From: the human T2T-CHM13v2.0 reference genome, Homo sapiens
Direction: 5' to 3' (one strand)
Assembly (NCBI RefSeq): GCF_009914755.1
Contig: NC_060934.1
Length of the DNA stretch: 64,000 nt
The position numbers were made by a program, and so were the translations under genes. The notes under the pieces were generated by a model. It saw only the letters and a program-made list of their open reading frames with translations, was not told the origin of the DNA and did not search any database. Below, piece by piece: positions 1-15,309 of the stretch; position 1 is the stretch's first letter, and every line of letters begins with the position of its first letter.

Positions 1-3000
1 GCCTGTCTGCATCTGTCTTTGATTCCGAGGACTGACTTCGCTGAGGTCAGCTGGGTAAGACATTCCCTCTGTCCAATATCACATGGAAAAGTCCTCAATA
101 CGAGATCGTCATTCCTACTCCCTCAACACCTCCTCCCCTGGGTGTTACCGATAAACTTACGACTGCTTCGAAGAATGAAAGCTCTTCTCCTACCACCAAG
201 TCTATGAACACTGAAGGCTGCTTGGGGCAGCCGACTTTCAGGATTCCGACCAGAAAGCTTTCTAGTTTTTAGGTACATGTTGTTGTGAGTGATAGCCCAG
301 GACAAATGCTCAGAGCTCCACAATGAAGGGGAAATTCAAACAGCACATGACAGACTCCCCAGATGTGAGAACCAGACACCCCAAACAAAAACACGGAGGG
401 AAATCGCTTAATGCATCAGCCACAGGGGCAGAAATCGAAACCGTAAATAACAGCTGAGGCCAAATCCCAAACCGCCAGGTCCCACTGGAAAGATCCCAAA
501 CTGCAGGTGACCAGGAGCCAGAGTCACCTGAGCCCTTTGGGGGTCGGAGGTCACATCACTATTTGCAGTGGGGCGTCTCTGACTCAGGGCCGGGGGTCCG
601 GGGCACACCGCATTCTGGTTCAGGGGTGCCGCACTACTTCTTTGATTCTGCTGGTCTACGCCTTCACACCCAGTCTTTGGACCTCAGCTGAGTGCCCTGG
701 TCTCACCAGCATCTCAGCAAACGGGGTGGAGAGTTACACTGGAGCAAAAAAACAAGCCCTGAGAAGCGCCTCATTGCAAAGCATCCTGGGTGCCAGGCTT
801 CCTGGGGCTTTCTCTGAACTCTTAAGCACCAAAAGAAGAAAAAAGAGAGCAGAAAATCAGGCGTTCTATTTCTACCTTTCTATAGAAGGTTACAGCTCAT
901 CGATTTCCTTTCTATAAACGTTCCTCTCTTAAGCTCCTGAACCTGGACTGCCAAAAAGCAGCACACAGGACAGGCCAGGTCTGCTGCCGAGCAAACACAA
1001 GTGGAGAGCCCCTGCCTGCTCAGCACCCCTGAAGCTCATGCGGAAAACCCACAAAGGGGTGCCCACAGATGGCCCACATGAAAGGCATGTTTCTCTTTTT
1101 TTCTGAAAAACAGAAGTTAGATACTGTCACTGACATTTACATACTGATATTTTAAGCCAAATAAATTCTAAGAAAAACCACAAGGCTCCCCAAGTCTCTG
1201 AGAGCCACCCTGGGATTTTCTCCAAGGACAATGTCCCCCCACCATGATGTGTGGAGTCCCTGTGAAGGCAGAGGCTCCATCGCCCTACCCAGGTGCGTGT
1301 TTTCAGAGTCGTTTCTGCCAGGAGCGCTTGGCTGGTCTGCTCTCACCTTCATCATGGGTCTGTGTCTGCAGCTGAAACAGTCACTCCAGGACCCACGGAC
1401 AGGAGTAAATAGATTAGATGTTCCGCTCCCCGTTGGCCTCTTGTGCCCAGGCTGGCTCACTGGTTTGCTTTCTCTTTCACACACAGACACTAGCCTGATA
1501 CACTGTCTATAAAGTGAGGACTACAGGCCTGGTGATTCATGAGATGGTATGTAAGTTACAAGGCAAAAATTTCCTGAACACCTCGTGCAATGCAAAGGAA
1601 CGCAACAGCCGACAAGACCCTTTTGGTCATAGGAGGCGAGCAATCTCCTGATATGACATAGATCATGGTTTATCTCTCTTTTGGGGACCCTGGTACTCCG
1701 GGAGAGGTTGGGGTAGAAGGATTTGGGATAGAAAAAGATGCTCCCAATGGACAATGACCCTACTGAGCATGGACACGTGACTTAGGATAAACAGCATCAC
1801 CACTGCCTGTGCCTAACAACTCCACCCTCCATGCAACTGGGCATGGGCATCCTGTAAAAGGCCCAGCATGTGAGGGGCGGTCACCAGCTGGGCCTGTGCC
1901 TCCACGCCAAGGCCTGCTTCGTTCTGAGTTTGCTTATGGGGTACGTCTGGACCTCAGTGGACCATTGAGTGACTCTGGTTCCAGCTTCTCCCAGGTCCCC
2001 TACCTCCCCTCGCTGCACCCCCTCGAATTGAGGCCAGACACGCTCGTGGTCCTGCCAAACCCCACTCAACTCTAACACCCATCAAGTGAGTAGAGCCATG
2101 CATTAAAGACCACTTTTGCCAGAAACTTCGTCCTCTCTTATAAAGCGGCCCACTCAGACAGAACCCAGAACTGGACTCTGCAGCCTGCACTGAGCCTTGC
2201 CAAAGACCATGTCTGCATCCACACCCCGAGACGTCTATTTCTGGCAGAACAGATCAGGGTGAACCGCTCTCACTGCACATCTCCTACACATAAAGTGTTC
2301 AAGTTCCTAATAACACCGATGGCCAGGAAAAGCAATGCACTCTGTCTTTACTTCCATTACCTCGTTCTCTTTAACTAAAATGAAATTTGAAGCTACAGAG
2401 GCTCTGGTACTGAAAGAGGAGCATTAGCGTAAATATTAGCTTGGTGGCACTTACATTTTTCTTGCACTCACAGAACTGAAGCACTCACCTACTTTTTTGT
2501 TTTGTTTTGTTTTTCTTTCTTCCTGCCACATGCATTTTTCAAACATCAGCAAAAAACTAGTTTTGTCATTAGAAAACTGCTCTGGACTCGGCTTTAAATT
2601 TGGCCGCTGGCACTTATCGGAGAATTGATCAGGGATAACCACTTCTGACTTAAACAAATCATTTAGTAAAGTAAAACAGCCAGCCCCTCAAGACAGGCTG
2701 AAGCCAAGGTCATCTTGTGTGTTAACAGAGCTGGCAGATAAGGGAAGGTGTCATTTCAACAACGGAACACGTCACGTGAAACAGGCTTGCAGGCAGCTTC
2801 GAAGAAGCCCATCAGCTCTCCGTATTTTTGTCAGTTGTTGTGTCCTCATCCTATCACTCACAACAAAAACAGGCAGAAATACAGGCAGACAACATTGCCC
2901 TAGTGGAAATCCATTCACAGACTGACAGCTGTGGCAGACGGAAGAAAGTCAATTCTCACTCTAGGGTCCTATTTCCGATGGTGGCAGAAATTCTTATGTG

Positions 3001-5323
3001 TAATCCTGGCTTGATTTCTGTTTGGATTGAGTTTAGTATCTGCAGGGATCTCCAATCTGTGCCAATTTATTCACTTAGCATTAACTAGCGGTCCTGCTGC
3101 TTAACCACACTGCGGAGCCCTTCCCAGGGTGTGGCCCTCCCAACTCAATCACCCTTTCTCTTTAGCTGTGAATTTCTCATATATGGAATCTACTTGCCAC
3201 TTAGGCTTAGTGAGATGCGTACTGTTCGATTTCAAGACCAAATGCAGAAATGAGCTATTTACAAGGAAGGCAGCTCCATTCTGCTGCTAAATGAAGATGT
3301 GTATGAAGGCCCTGGTACAATGGCCAGGCCTGCAACAGACTCTAAACACGAACAAGGGCCCTTTCTGGGTCCATCCCTTGCAGTCTGCACATTTCAGGTG
3401 CTGTGAGGATCCTCTCCTCTTCCCTCCTTCATCACCCGCACCCCAGATGCCCCAGCCTTGTTCCTGCTCCTCTCCCTACCAGGGGCAGGCCACCTGTTCC
3501 GCAGTCCCCACAGATTGCAGATGCCTCCGGTGTGATCTCACAGTGTGCATGCCAGGTCCTGTCCTGGAACCTGGGACCACGTGGCTACCTTCTATTTACA
3601 TACTCATCTTTCCCATCGACTGGACGCTCATGTGGGCCAGGGACCACCTGCTTAACATTCTACATGCTCCCAAATAAATGACCACAACAATAGCCTTATC
3701 GATTTCTGACAGGTTTCTTCTAAACTGTAACCTCTACTTCCTCTCTCAAGCAGATGTTTTTTTAAATAAAAAGGTCTTTAACTACGAATACCACTGATGA
3801 CCAGGAAGAGAAAATGCCCTCTGACTTCCCTTCAATGGCCTCTTTCTCCTCAAGTGAAATGATATTTGAAATCACACCGAGGCTCTCGTGTGGAGGGAAA
3901 GCTTGAGTCTCGCATCCCTCTGAGGGTGCCCTATCCATAGATTCAAGTCCAAATCACTTAAAATATCAGAGAAGGCCTTTCACAAGCAGGCCCCATCCAA
4001 TTTGCTCCATCCAACCTCACACTGAAGCATCAAGGCAGGCCAGCTTCCTGTTTTTCTTCTCAAAATCTAATGCACCCTTTTATGCCACGGTTTATCTCCA
4101 GCCTAAGTTCCTAAGCTCCAGCCATACCTGACTTTCCTTTCTGAAACACACCTTGAATGCCCACCTGTGTGGCCATGCCCACGCTGTGCAATCAGGATCC
4201 TACACACTCTGCCTAAGCCAGATGAAATGTCACTTGCCATATATTTGTCCTGCACTCTACTCCCAGGACACTGTGTTCCTGCCTCTCTCTCGGACGCCCA
4301 ACTGTACATCAAGCTGAGGATTACATCATCTCCCTAACAAGAGCAGGAAACCCCAACAGGCAGAAGGCAGAGCCTATTTCTTTTTTAATCCAATGCTTCC
4401 GATGGTGCCTGGCTCCTCAAAGTTACCTGACAAACATTTGTTCAATGGATCAATGGATTGCTGTGCCTGCAGAATTTTAAGAAACATTCATCATGGTACG
4501 GTGGCAATAGAGAATATCCATTTGGTATCCTCTTTCTTCAGAGAAAGTACGGATACGTGTAAGAAAAGAGCAGAGATAGAGTTCCGGGAAGAGTTTGGAA
4601 ACTATTCCAAATTTCCAATCTGTCTCCAAGCACTGTCTGAGGCTATGCTAGAAAAATGCAATGGAGAAGAAGCCTTCATCAACATCCTCAGGATTCACCT
4701 GTCTCTGCAGGTCGTCGCCCGAAGGCAGCAGAAGAAATGGGGAGCCACAGCCTCCAAGTGATGGGCCTGGATGTGACCCATGACACAAACCTCGTCAAAG
4801 TACCTGGAGACCATTGAAATACTTACCATTACCTCCCGTGTGCAGGTACCAGGTGCTCGGAAGAGATGGATGAAACAAAAAGATGGCACAGCACCATGAC
4901 CCGGCCAAGGAGCGCCATTCTCGGTGATTAACACCCTCTGCTGCCTCATGAAGTCCTCTGTGCCATTCCAGGCTGGTTTACCTCTTTGGAAACCTCAACT
5001 CCAGTCCTAGGCCCTCACTCCACACACAATCTTCCCTCTGTCTTCCCAAAGCACTTCATTCAAATCTAGTGCAACTTTTCCCCCTAATTCGAGGGAAGGC
5101 AGATGTGTGTCCCTCCCTCTAGATGGGGAGCCTTTCATGGGTCAGAGCATCATTTTTCCATTTGTGTATCTCTGGCTTCAGCCCACAGGATGGAGAGAAC
5201 GGAGGTCTCGGTAAATGCCAGCTGAACTGCTTCCAATGCCTATTCCCTCCTTCAGAAACTGAGCCCACAGCTTTTTAAAAAATCCTGTTAAAATAAGCCA
5301 AGGTGATTGTGCACGGGCTTTAC

Positions 5324-5463
5324 CTCTTTAAGAACCAGCACGCATTTGCCCGGTCCCACCGACTGAGGTAGCTCTGCAATCCTTCCTTTGTTCAGGTAAG
5401 GGCCTGAGAAACACCTGTGGTTGATGAAGAGCTGAGGACAGCAGTATTTCCCGTTGACGGTTC
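5324..5463 (-). CDS. SFMBT2: SFMBT2 coding exon (approx. exon 15), 140 nt, phase 1-0: (G)[46 protein letters not shown] (start of SLED/DUF3588 domain)
   Basis: Acceptor gctgtcccctgcag|GA, donor GAG|gtaaag; inside ORF 5288..5482. Confidence 0.96.
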
Positions 5464-5699
5464 CTGCAGGGGACAGCAACATAGTCCATGCTTAGGACCA
5501 CAGCCCCAGACCCTAGGGGACCCCTAGACCCTTGCTTCATCCACATGGTCAGGGAAAAGGACCACACAGAGCTGTCCGAGGTCTTGGCTGATGGGGAGTC
5601 AGGCGTAATAAAAGCAATGGAACCCAAAATGAACACAATAACCGTGACAGCCAGTGTCGTTAGAACTGTAATTAGGAGGCCACACTCTAGTTCCAAATC

Positions 5700-6430
5700 G
5701 TGACAAAGCAGCAGAGAAAAACAGATGATTTTCTTCTTTTGAGAAAGAGGCGCTGTGTCCTAATAGCAGGACATTTTATATCCTTAATGATACCTTGGAA
5801 ATTCTGATGCATTTTTCCAGATTGTATGAATCTGGTGTTCATCATGCCACACAAGTGTGTCAACTTCACCACACACAGAAGCATGCATGTGCCTACAAAC
5901 AATATATGATATATTAAACATATTCCATAAATTATTTCCTGCAAGATATTGTTTGTTTGCTTAACAAGAAGTTTCTGAGATATATCCAAGTTGGTAAATG
6001 CGGATCTAGAAAGTTCATTCATTTTTTTACTTCTTTGACTCTATTGAATTAATGTAGCATCATTTAGCTGTCTAGTCTCTTACTGCTGGATATTTAGTTG
6101 TTTCTACTTTTTCAGGACTGTCAACAGTGCTTTCATGAATATGATTGTGAAAATCTTCTACACGTGGGCAACAGAGTCTTGCAGGTGAGTAAGAAGAGTG
6201 GGCCAGGTAGGCCACAGGTCTGCGCATCTGTATCTTCAGTTTTACTAGACATGGCCACGCCATTCTCCACAGTGACTACCCCAATTGACACTCTTGTTAG
6301 CACCATGGAAGGGCTCCTGTAGTCCTACATCTACCCCAACAATGGTTCCTGTTGCACTTCTCCACTCTGCCAGTCTGAAGACGGTGAAGTAGACCTCACT
6401 GCAGCTTAAGTGTGCATTACCTGTATTCTT
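5700..6430 (-). mobile_element. Old L1 (L1M-type) 3'-region remnant
   Basis: Degenerate L1 3' motifs (ggatatttagttgtttc, ccattctccacagtgact, gacctcactgcagcttaa). Confidence 0.55.
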
Positions 6431-6539
6431 CTTTCAACTCAGAAAGGGAATAGTGAGAGCTGCTGATCTTGCTGTCTCCAATGCCATGGGCAAGCAGAAT
6501 AATTAAATGATAAGACCTCAATCTAAAGTTTCTTTCTTA

Positions 6540-7084
<545 letters not shown>

Positions 7085-8189
7085 TGAGGTTTCACTTTTG
7101 GCTAAGGGAGTCACCGCCCCCACCCTGACTCTACCCAAGCTCCAAGCTAAGCAACACTCACAGTGGAATTTCTGCAAAACCACTGCTATTAATCTGGGAT
7201 GGTAATTTAACAGTCTAGGAAGGCTTGCTCTCATAAAGACTTCAACTAGGAACCAGCAGAGGTAGGAAGCAGAAATGTTATTCTTCTGGATATAAAAGAA
7301 AAGGAGTAAAATTACAATTATAGACTATGAAAGGGTAGCTGTCATGGTTCTTTTAAAACCATTCTAAAGTTTGAATTATATAAAACAGGAAAAATAATGA
7401 AGTCCACAGCTGCATTTACATGGAAATTTTTTGGTAGGATTACTCTGCCTTTCGATTACCAGGCCTGCAGAAAAACAAAATTTTAGTTAAAGCTACTTAT
7501 AAAACTGCTCTTTACTACCAAGATAATCTCCTAGTAGGATTCTTCCATGACATGTTGGTTTTAATCCTGGAATTCAGAGCAGGTTTCATTTTGGCTTAGA
7601 GAATAGACTTTTTAATCAAGTATGATAATGTACAAACATGTCTATTACCAGACTTGATGGTCAGAGGGTAGCTCACAAATGTATTTCCAAAGATTATTGT
7701 AAGATGTAAGACTTTACACATTAAAAAACATATATTATTCACAACCAGCTCTTTAGAGGGTTTTAAGGAACAATTCAAAAGCTCGGGGCGACTTAAATAC
7801 TAACAGCAAGTGGAAAAATGCAAGTGGAACGGAAATAAAATATCAAAAAAGAAATTGCCTAATGAGATGATATTTTCAACTCTTTCCTTTTCCCCATGAT
7901 ATGCAGCCCTAATTTGGCTCCTAATTTGCAAGTCACACATAAACCCTTTTTCTATAGACTAGAACTATCTAGAGCTACTGGCCAAGAAGCAGAAAAGAAG
8001 AGGCACAGAGAATTTAGCTTAGAAATTTTTCTTTTTAAAAAGTAGGTATCCGTTCCTGAGTGGCAATGGAGAAAAACAGAATAGGCTCAACGTTGAGATG
8101 TATTCATATCGACCTAGAAACCTATACATGTCTCTGCTCCCGGCTGCACGGTGGGAAGGCACAGAGACCCCCTAAATGGGACTGATTAC

Positions 8190-8260
8190 CTGTGGTGTCC
8201 AGGTGAGGGAATAAACAAAGGTCATGAGGTATTTTCTTAACAGGCACTGTGGGCGGCAAT
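8190..8260 (-). CDS. SFMBT2: SFMBT2 coding exon (approx. exon 14), 71 nt, phase 2-1: (Q)[23 protein letters not shown](G)
   Basis: Acceptor ttttctctgttgacag|AT, donor CAG|gtaatc; phases fit. Confidence 0.93.
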
Positions 8261-8972
8261 CTGTCAACAGAGAAAATAAAACTATCAGGGACCACAAGCT
8301 TTAGAAGGAACTACTACATTCCAAAGTCTTACCATAATTTAAAAGGGCTCTTCCAGAAATCTCAGATAAGAGGACCATAGAATAGAATGTGTGTATGGGA
8401 GCAATGCCAGTAAGACCAGATGAAAACAGCATTTCAGAAAAGTTGTTGTCCAATTCTTTGGATGGCCCAAGAAAGCCTGAGACACCTGCCCCTGAGCAGC
8501 TGGTCCTGATCAGTGAGTTTCTCCCAGGTCGCTTCTGGCCTTATCTCTTGCTATGGAATTGTAATACTGCCTTCAATTATATTTTAAACATGAAGAAACA
8601 TTATCTTACATTTGATTAAAGTCAGACTTTTCCACTTCGATGTCTAATTGAAAACCACTTTCCACTAACCTTTGATTTCTGACCTCCGGGCCCGCGGGAG
8701 TCATGGCCACACTAAAAATAAGGCCTTAAAAGAAAATCTATAAACTGGCATATCTTAAAATGTAACATAGGCTTATTCCAGGACAGAGCTCTGTTATAGT
8801 TCAGTAAAAATGTTGCTGAATAAATATGTGTTTTACAATGTAGCCTTAGGGGAAAAGAGGTGAACTAGGTTTCACAGGGGTGTCTAGGTTGGTGGCATAG
8901 AAACCACATGGTTGAAAAGCTCCTTAAGCTCAAAGTCAACCCTTACAAGAGATCTTAGCAAGGCCATCTATG

Positions 8973-9160
8973 GAGTGGTTCTCCAAGAGGGGTCCCCAGG
9001 CCCACAGCATTGACGCTACCTGTGAACTTGTTAGAAATGCAGATTCTTGGGCCCCATCTCGGACATTCTGAATCAGAAATTTTGAGGATGGGGCCCAGCA
9101 ATCTGTGTGCTCCAAGCTCTCTAAGTGACTGATGCATGAGAAAGGTGAGAACCGTTAATC
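8973..9160. mobile_element. MER5A-like hAT-Charlie DNA transposon fossil
   Basis: agtggttctc...gaacttgttagaaatgcagattcttgggcccc...gaatcagaaa...tgagaacc. Confidence 0.75.
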
Positions 9161-9575
9161 CACGGGCTGTGCATTTAAGGAGTGATGGATTCAAGTTTGG
9201 ATTCGGTCACAGGCGTGTTATGAAATCTCTCTACTTCCCCATCAGGCGGATAACGTGGAGTCTGGTTATGAGCCAGATAAACTGCATTTAGAACCAAACC
9301 CACAAAAAAATACCTACAGAGCTGCTCTTCTCATTCAAATCGTGCAGTTCCAGTTCAATTTCATCTTATTTAAATTTAAACTCGACTACCGCAAGTGAAA
9401 AATGCTGTTTTCACCTGTCTTTCCATCAGTGTATTTTTATTTACTTAAGAAAGCAGAATCCCTTGGCCTGGAATGTACATTTTGGCGTATTTTAAATTAT
9501 TTTTCAATATCTACAAATGTTACTAGCAGTCACAACTATTCAAAAACACACTGCCTGCCTGGACACGCTTTGCTA

Positions 9576-9656
9576 ACACCCTCTTTCCACATAAAGTCAC
9601 AATTGAAATGGGGGACACCCTGTTTCCACAGAAAATCACGACTGAAATGGGGGACA
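9576..9656. repeat. Diverged tandem duplication, 39-bp period, 2 copies
   Basis: acaccctctttccacataaagtcacaattgaaatggggg / acaccctgtttccacagaaaatcacgactgaaatggggg. Confidence 0.85.
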
Positions 9657-10255
9657 GGGCATAATCTGTATTTGTTCAGCCTACAACTTAAGGCCTACAC
9701 TTCTTTTCAAATGGAATCTAATTTAATCTTTGTAAGTACCCCCAAATTGTATTTTACAAGCCAGGGCACTGAGGGGCAGAGAATTAATGCCACTTGCTCA
9801 GGTTCACTCAGCAGAGCTGGGGTTGGACTGAAGTTTTCTGCCTCCCAAGCCTGGGCTACTCTAGGAGAGGTGAGTAAGCAGCAGCATTCTGAGTGTGGTG
9901 AGGGGCTGCGACTCGAAACTGCACCTGCCACGTGGGGCCCCTGCAGACGCTGAGAACTATAGACACAGACAGCGATTTCTCTCAGTGTGTAGGTCTGGGA
10001 CACTCCCCAGGTATGTCGAAGTGGAATAAAAAGTGAGCCATGGGAATCTGGATTGTGAGTGCCTTGGGGAGCAGGCACTGTGTCTTGCACATAACAGGTA
10101 CATAACAAATAACAGTCACTATGTTTTACTGCTACCTCTACTAGGGTGCTATTTGTTAGATAACTCCAATAAAAACAGCCATGCTTCCCATCCTCCATAA
10201 AGACACTACAGTTTATCGGTATACAGTGTAGTCTGGAGGGGAAAAAAGCACGTAC

Positions 10256-10298
10256 TGTTTCTCTGGTTGCACGACTGCAATCTTTCTCTTCTTTTGTG
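10256..10298 (-). CDS. SFMBT2: SFMBT2 coding exon (approx. exon 13), 43 nt, phase 1-2: (S)QKKRKIAVVQPEK(Q); basic KKRK NLS-like motif
   Basis: Acceptor ttttgccttttctacag|CA, donor ACA|gtacgt; phases fit both neighbours. Confidence 0.92.
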
Positions 10299-11348
10299 CT
10301 GTAGAAAAGGCAAAACGGAAAAAGAAAATCAGCTTTGTTAGTGGGGCAAGTCCATTTTTAAAAATAGGTTATAAAGCAAAGAGGTACCCATTTTAAAGTA
10401 GCAATTTAAATGCTGAAAAGTTACGTCATTCATGCCACAATTTCCTATCAGTTTCTTCTAGCATAGGATAGACGTTAACTCACCAGATGTCAGATCTTAG
10501 TACAACTTCGTTCATTTAATCTTATCATTACACTAGCTACTTTATTTTTAAATGTGCATTTAAGAAAGCAAAAGAGTACACCTGTTGTACCTCACATTAG
10601 CACACATGTTCAGATCAATTGTTGCAAGCAGTTATCCGGAATGATTTTTTTCCAATAAAAATTGTGATGAAGCAAATCATGTTACTATCACAGCACACTC
10701 CCAAGGTGCTGTCAGAGGCATGCATTTCAACTAAAACATGTTATTCACAAAAGGAGAACCAGTAGCTCGCAAATACGCCTGGTCAAATATTGACATAAAT
10801 GAGCAAATAGTGATTTCTTTGGATAAGAACATTTCCAGTTTATATTTGTAACTGATTCAGATCACCTTAACAAAAATAGACCAAAGCTTTTGGCATCTAC
10901 TAACTTTGGCTCAGATAATCCTACATCTTCCAACATAAGCATAAATTAATTCCAACAAAACTTCTAAAGCTGCTAGAGTCTGGCAGGTTTGGAGTTGGAG
11001 TTTGCCTCTTTAAAGCAAAATGTATGTGCAAGAAATGCAAGCAAAAATAAATAAGAAAAATACTCAATAAGATCCCGCTACTCTTGACTATCTGATATTC
11101 AATTCCAGTTACTACTACAAAAAGGTCCAGACTTAGGATCTCTCAGGTGAAAAATGAGTTTGGAATACTTGTCTCCCCTGGTCTTTGTTAGCGGGGTGGG
11201 GATGCCTGACCCCCTGGGAAAGAGCCAAGCACAACAGACAGATCCAAAATCCTAAAGGAGGAGGAAACTTCACAGTGTTCACCTTAACCTGTATATGATT
11301 GTGCTCCAGAAAAACCCAAAGCACTTGCACCCTCCCAAATCCATGTGA

Positions 11349-11792
<444 letters not shown>

Positions 11793-12368
11793 AGAATCTG
11801 CATCATTTTAAGAGACAGGGGAAAAGAATGTCCCTGGGATTAAAATAATTATTGTACACTCAATGTTTTAGAAATATTTTTAAGTAAGGGGAAACGATTA
11901 CTCCAACTGAATCAGATCCATTGGGCAGGATGGTTTAGGAAAAGGAGAATCCCATAGAATCCAGCTGTCTCTAATCTGAACTACCTGCTTGTTTCACACA
12001 CATAATGTCCTCTGGTGCTCTTAATAATGCTAACTAGAGGAGCCCTGAAACTCTGTCGCCATCAGGGAATGTGAAGTCAGCTATGCAATGGAACTGTGTT
12101 TCCAGCAACGTTGTGAGAGTCTACAGAAGTGGCCACAGAACAGGCTGTTAGGAAGAAGTAAAGTTGGTGCCTAAATTCCATCAAGAAAATGTCAGAGACG
12201 GAATCTCTTTAACAGTTAAAACCTGTTATCTCTAAGGACTCATCATTTTAAATAACACTTCTGATATGCATTAGGGTAGAATAATAAACGCAATGATTAG
12301 GTTAGAAGATTTTTAAATGGTACCATTTTGTGACAATAACCTACAAAAATATGTTAAAACACACTATT

Positions 12369-12721
<353 letters not shown>

Positions 12722-12845
12722 TTACTGCTGGGTTAACTGTTAATATTGGTTATTTGGTATTTCTGTAACCAAAGGGACGTGTGGTAATATACTTTATAAA
12801 GTACAGTTGAAATATCAGTGATTAGTTAGTGCTAAGAGTAGGCTG

Positions 12846-13163
12846 TTTATTTTATTTATTTTTTGAGACAGAGTCTCACCCTGTCACCCACGCTGGAGTC
12901 TACTGGTGCTTGGTTGCCATCTTGGCTCATTGCAGCGTTGACCTCCCGGGCTCAGGCAATCCTCCCACCTCAGCCTCCAGAGTAGCTGGAGACACGTGTC
13001 ACTCTGCTTGACTAATTTACTTATATATGTACTTCTTTTTTTACGTATATACAGTATCTCACTATGTTGCCCAGGCTGGTCTCAAAATCCTGGGCTCAAG
13101 CATTCTCCTGCCTTGGCCTCCCAAAGTACTGAGATTATAGGAATGAGGCACTGTGCCTAGCCT
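12846..13163 (-). mobile_element. Diverged AluJ
   Basis: Reverse-complement AluJ features (ctcaggcaatcctcccacctcagcc; cctgggctcaagc). Confidence 0.85.
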
Positions 13164-13586
13164 GGTTAAGTGTTTATAAGAATGTCAGTATATTATTGGA
13201 ACCAATTAAGATTCTGTTAGGAGAAGCTACATGAGAAAAATCAGTTCTTTTAAAGAAATGGTAACACAATAATATAGTATCTAACATATTTTTTCACATC
13301 AAAACAATGAATTGTATAAAAAACTGAGAGTGATGATTTCAGATATTTTTCCTCTGCCTCTCTGTGACTTTCAACTGTCCCTCACTGTTAAAGTTTGTCA
13401 ACCTGTGACATCATCTCATGCAAACACTTAAAGATTAAGCGAGATCATGAAAACATGGGTTCTTGGTGGAAAATCAAAAATCTTATTTGTTCTTTAGAAC
13501 TTGGTTATAATTTCTTTATGAAGCTGCCAATTTATTCACAAAGATCACTGGTGTCATCCACCCCCCCTCAACTGGGAACCACTTAC

Positions 13587-13700
13587 AGACTGTTTTGTGT
13601 GGTGCAGTCAAAGGATAAGAATTGGCTTCACACCAGCCCACTGGGAAGATGTCCATGGATTCCACATCAACAATGACCTCTGGAACAGGAGTCTGCAGCC
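13587..13700 (-). CDS. SFMBT2: SFMBT2 coding exon (approx. exon 12), 114 nt, phase 1-1: (G)[37 protein letters not shown](S)
   Basis: Acceptor tttctcccatgcag|GG, donor TCT|gtaagt; MBT IFPVGWC motif. Confidence 0.96.
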
Positions 13701-14715
13701 CTGCATGGGAAGAAGTTGAAACAAGAGGTACAAACAGATCTTACCAACAAAGAAATAGAAGGACAACAATAATAGAGCATCCCTAACATGGGGAAAAACA
13801 TTCCTTTATACATTAAAAAACAAAAACAAAAACAAAATAGCCATATGGAAGAGACGACTTTAGAGGAGTCTTTAATCTTATCAGAGACAAAACTCCTTGA
13901 AATATAAAAAGGCAGGAATAAAAGGGGTTCAGAGAAAACGAAGGTTTGGAAAAAGAGAGATACTCTGCCCTAAAAGTAAAAGAGGAAGAAGGACCGTAGG
14001 AAAAGATTGGCATCGGAGCAGGATTGGCTGAAAGAGAGAACAAGCATCCCCCTTTCCTAAGAACAGCTCTGGGGTTAAGGGAATGTATCGGAGCTTGGGG
14101 TGGGACCTCAGGGCCCACATCTAAGCCTTCATGATATGCTCCACCTAACACCAAGTAAAGGCAACCTTCAATGAAAGAAAGTCAAGCATCACAGCTAAAC
14201 GGAACCAGTCAAACTCAAAAACAAGGTTTATGAGCAGTGTACGTGGACAAGGCCCTTCTCTAGGAAACCTGACAACTTATCAGTTTGGAGTTACTTTGTT
14301 TTGAACTCAGTTTGTGGCCTGTAGACTTTGGCTATGTCATAGAAAAGTCACTTATGTAGCAATGTCTAAAAGATCCCACTAAAATGTGGGACCTGATGAC
14401 TGTCACATCCTATTTCGTAATTACAGTCATGCCTTATGAGGACCTGGCTTCACAGCCATGAAACTCTGAAAAAGACAAGAAGACTGGATTTAACAGCAGC
14501 AAAAGTTTCAAGGAGCTCTGGCTATGGAGAGAATAAATTTGGAACTAGTTAAAAGAAGAAAATTCGACACCAAATCAATAGTTAAGAAAAAAACACTTTG
14601 AACCAGGAATCAAGAGATCAGAGCTCCATTAATAGACGGTGACCCATGGACTCTGACCCCTTAGTCCAGCCCTGCTTGGTTTCCTCATTGAGAACCAAGA
14701 TGAAGATAACACAGT

Positions 14716-15130
14716 GGCCGGGTGTGGTGGCTCATGACTGTAATCCCAGCACTTTGGGAGGCCAAGGCCAGCAAATTGCTTGAGCCTAGGAGTTCAAGAT
14801 CAGCCTCAGTAACATGGCAAGACCTCATCTCTACAAAAAATACAAAATTAGCCTGGCATGGTAGCATGCACCAGTAGTCCCAGCTACTCAGGAGGCCGAG
14901 GCAGGAGGATTGCTTGAGTCTAGGAGTTTGAGATCAGCCTGGCCAACATGAAGACACCTTGTCTCTACAAAAAATACAAAATTAGCCTGGCGTGGTAGCA
15001 GGCACCTGTAAGTCCTAGCAACTTGGGAGGCTGAGGTGGGAGGACTGCTCACGTCTGGGAGGTCGAGGTTGCAGTGAGCAGTGATTGCACTATTGTACTC
15101 TGGCCTAAGTGACAGAGCAAGACACTGTCA
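14716..15130 (+). mobile_element. Trimeric AluJ (extra monomer plus a second A-rich linker)
   Basis: Linker tctctacaaaaaatacaaaattagcctgg occurs twice (~14828 and ~14962). Confidence 0.85.
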
Positions 15131-15309
15131 AGAAAGGAAGAAAGGAAGGAAGGAAGGAAGAAAGAAAGAGAGAAAGGAAAGAAAGAAAGAAGGAAAGAAA
15201 GAAAGAAGGAAAGAAGGAAAGAAAGAAAAAGAAAGAAAGAAAGAGAAAGAAAGAAAGAGAAAGGAAGGAAGGAAGGAAGGAAAGAAGGGAAGGAGAGAGA
15301 AAAGAAAAT
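15130..15309. repeat. (GAAA/GAAG)n purine microsatellite derived from the Alu tail
   Basis: ~180 nt pure A/G tract. Confidence 0.95.

Noticed and set aside
2482-4827. Strong isolated minus-strand donor motifs (TAG|gtgagt near 2489; ATG|gtaagt at 4827)
   Set aside because: No convincing upstream acceptor with a polypyrimidine tract at exon-like distance; such motifs are common in introns.
9402-9953. Longest ORF in the track (183 aa, + strand)
   Set aside because: No recognisable domain; runs through a 39-bp tandem duplication and MIR-like sequence; antisense intronic.
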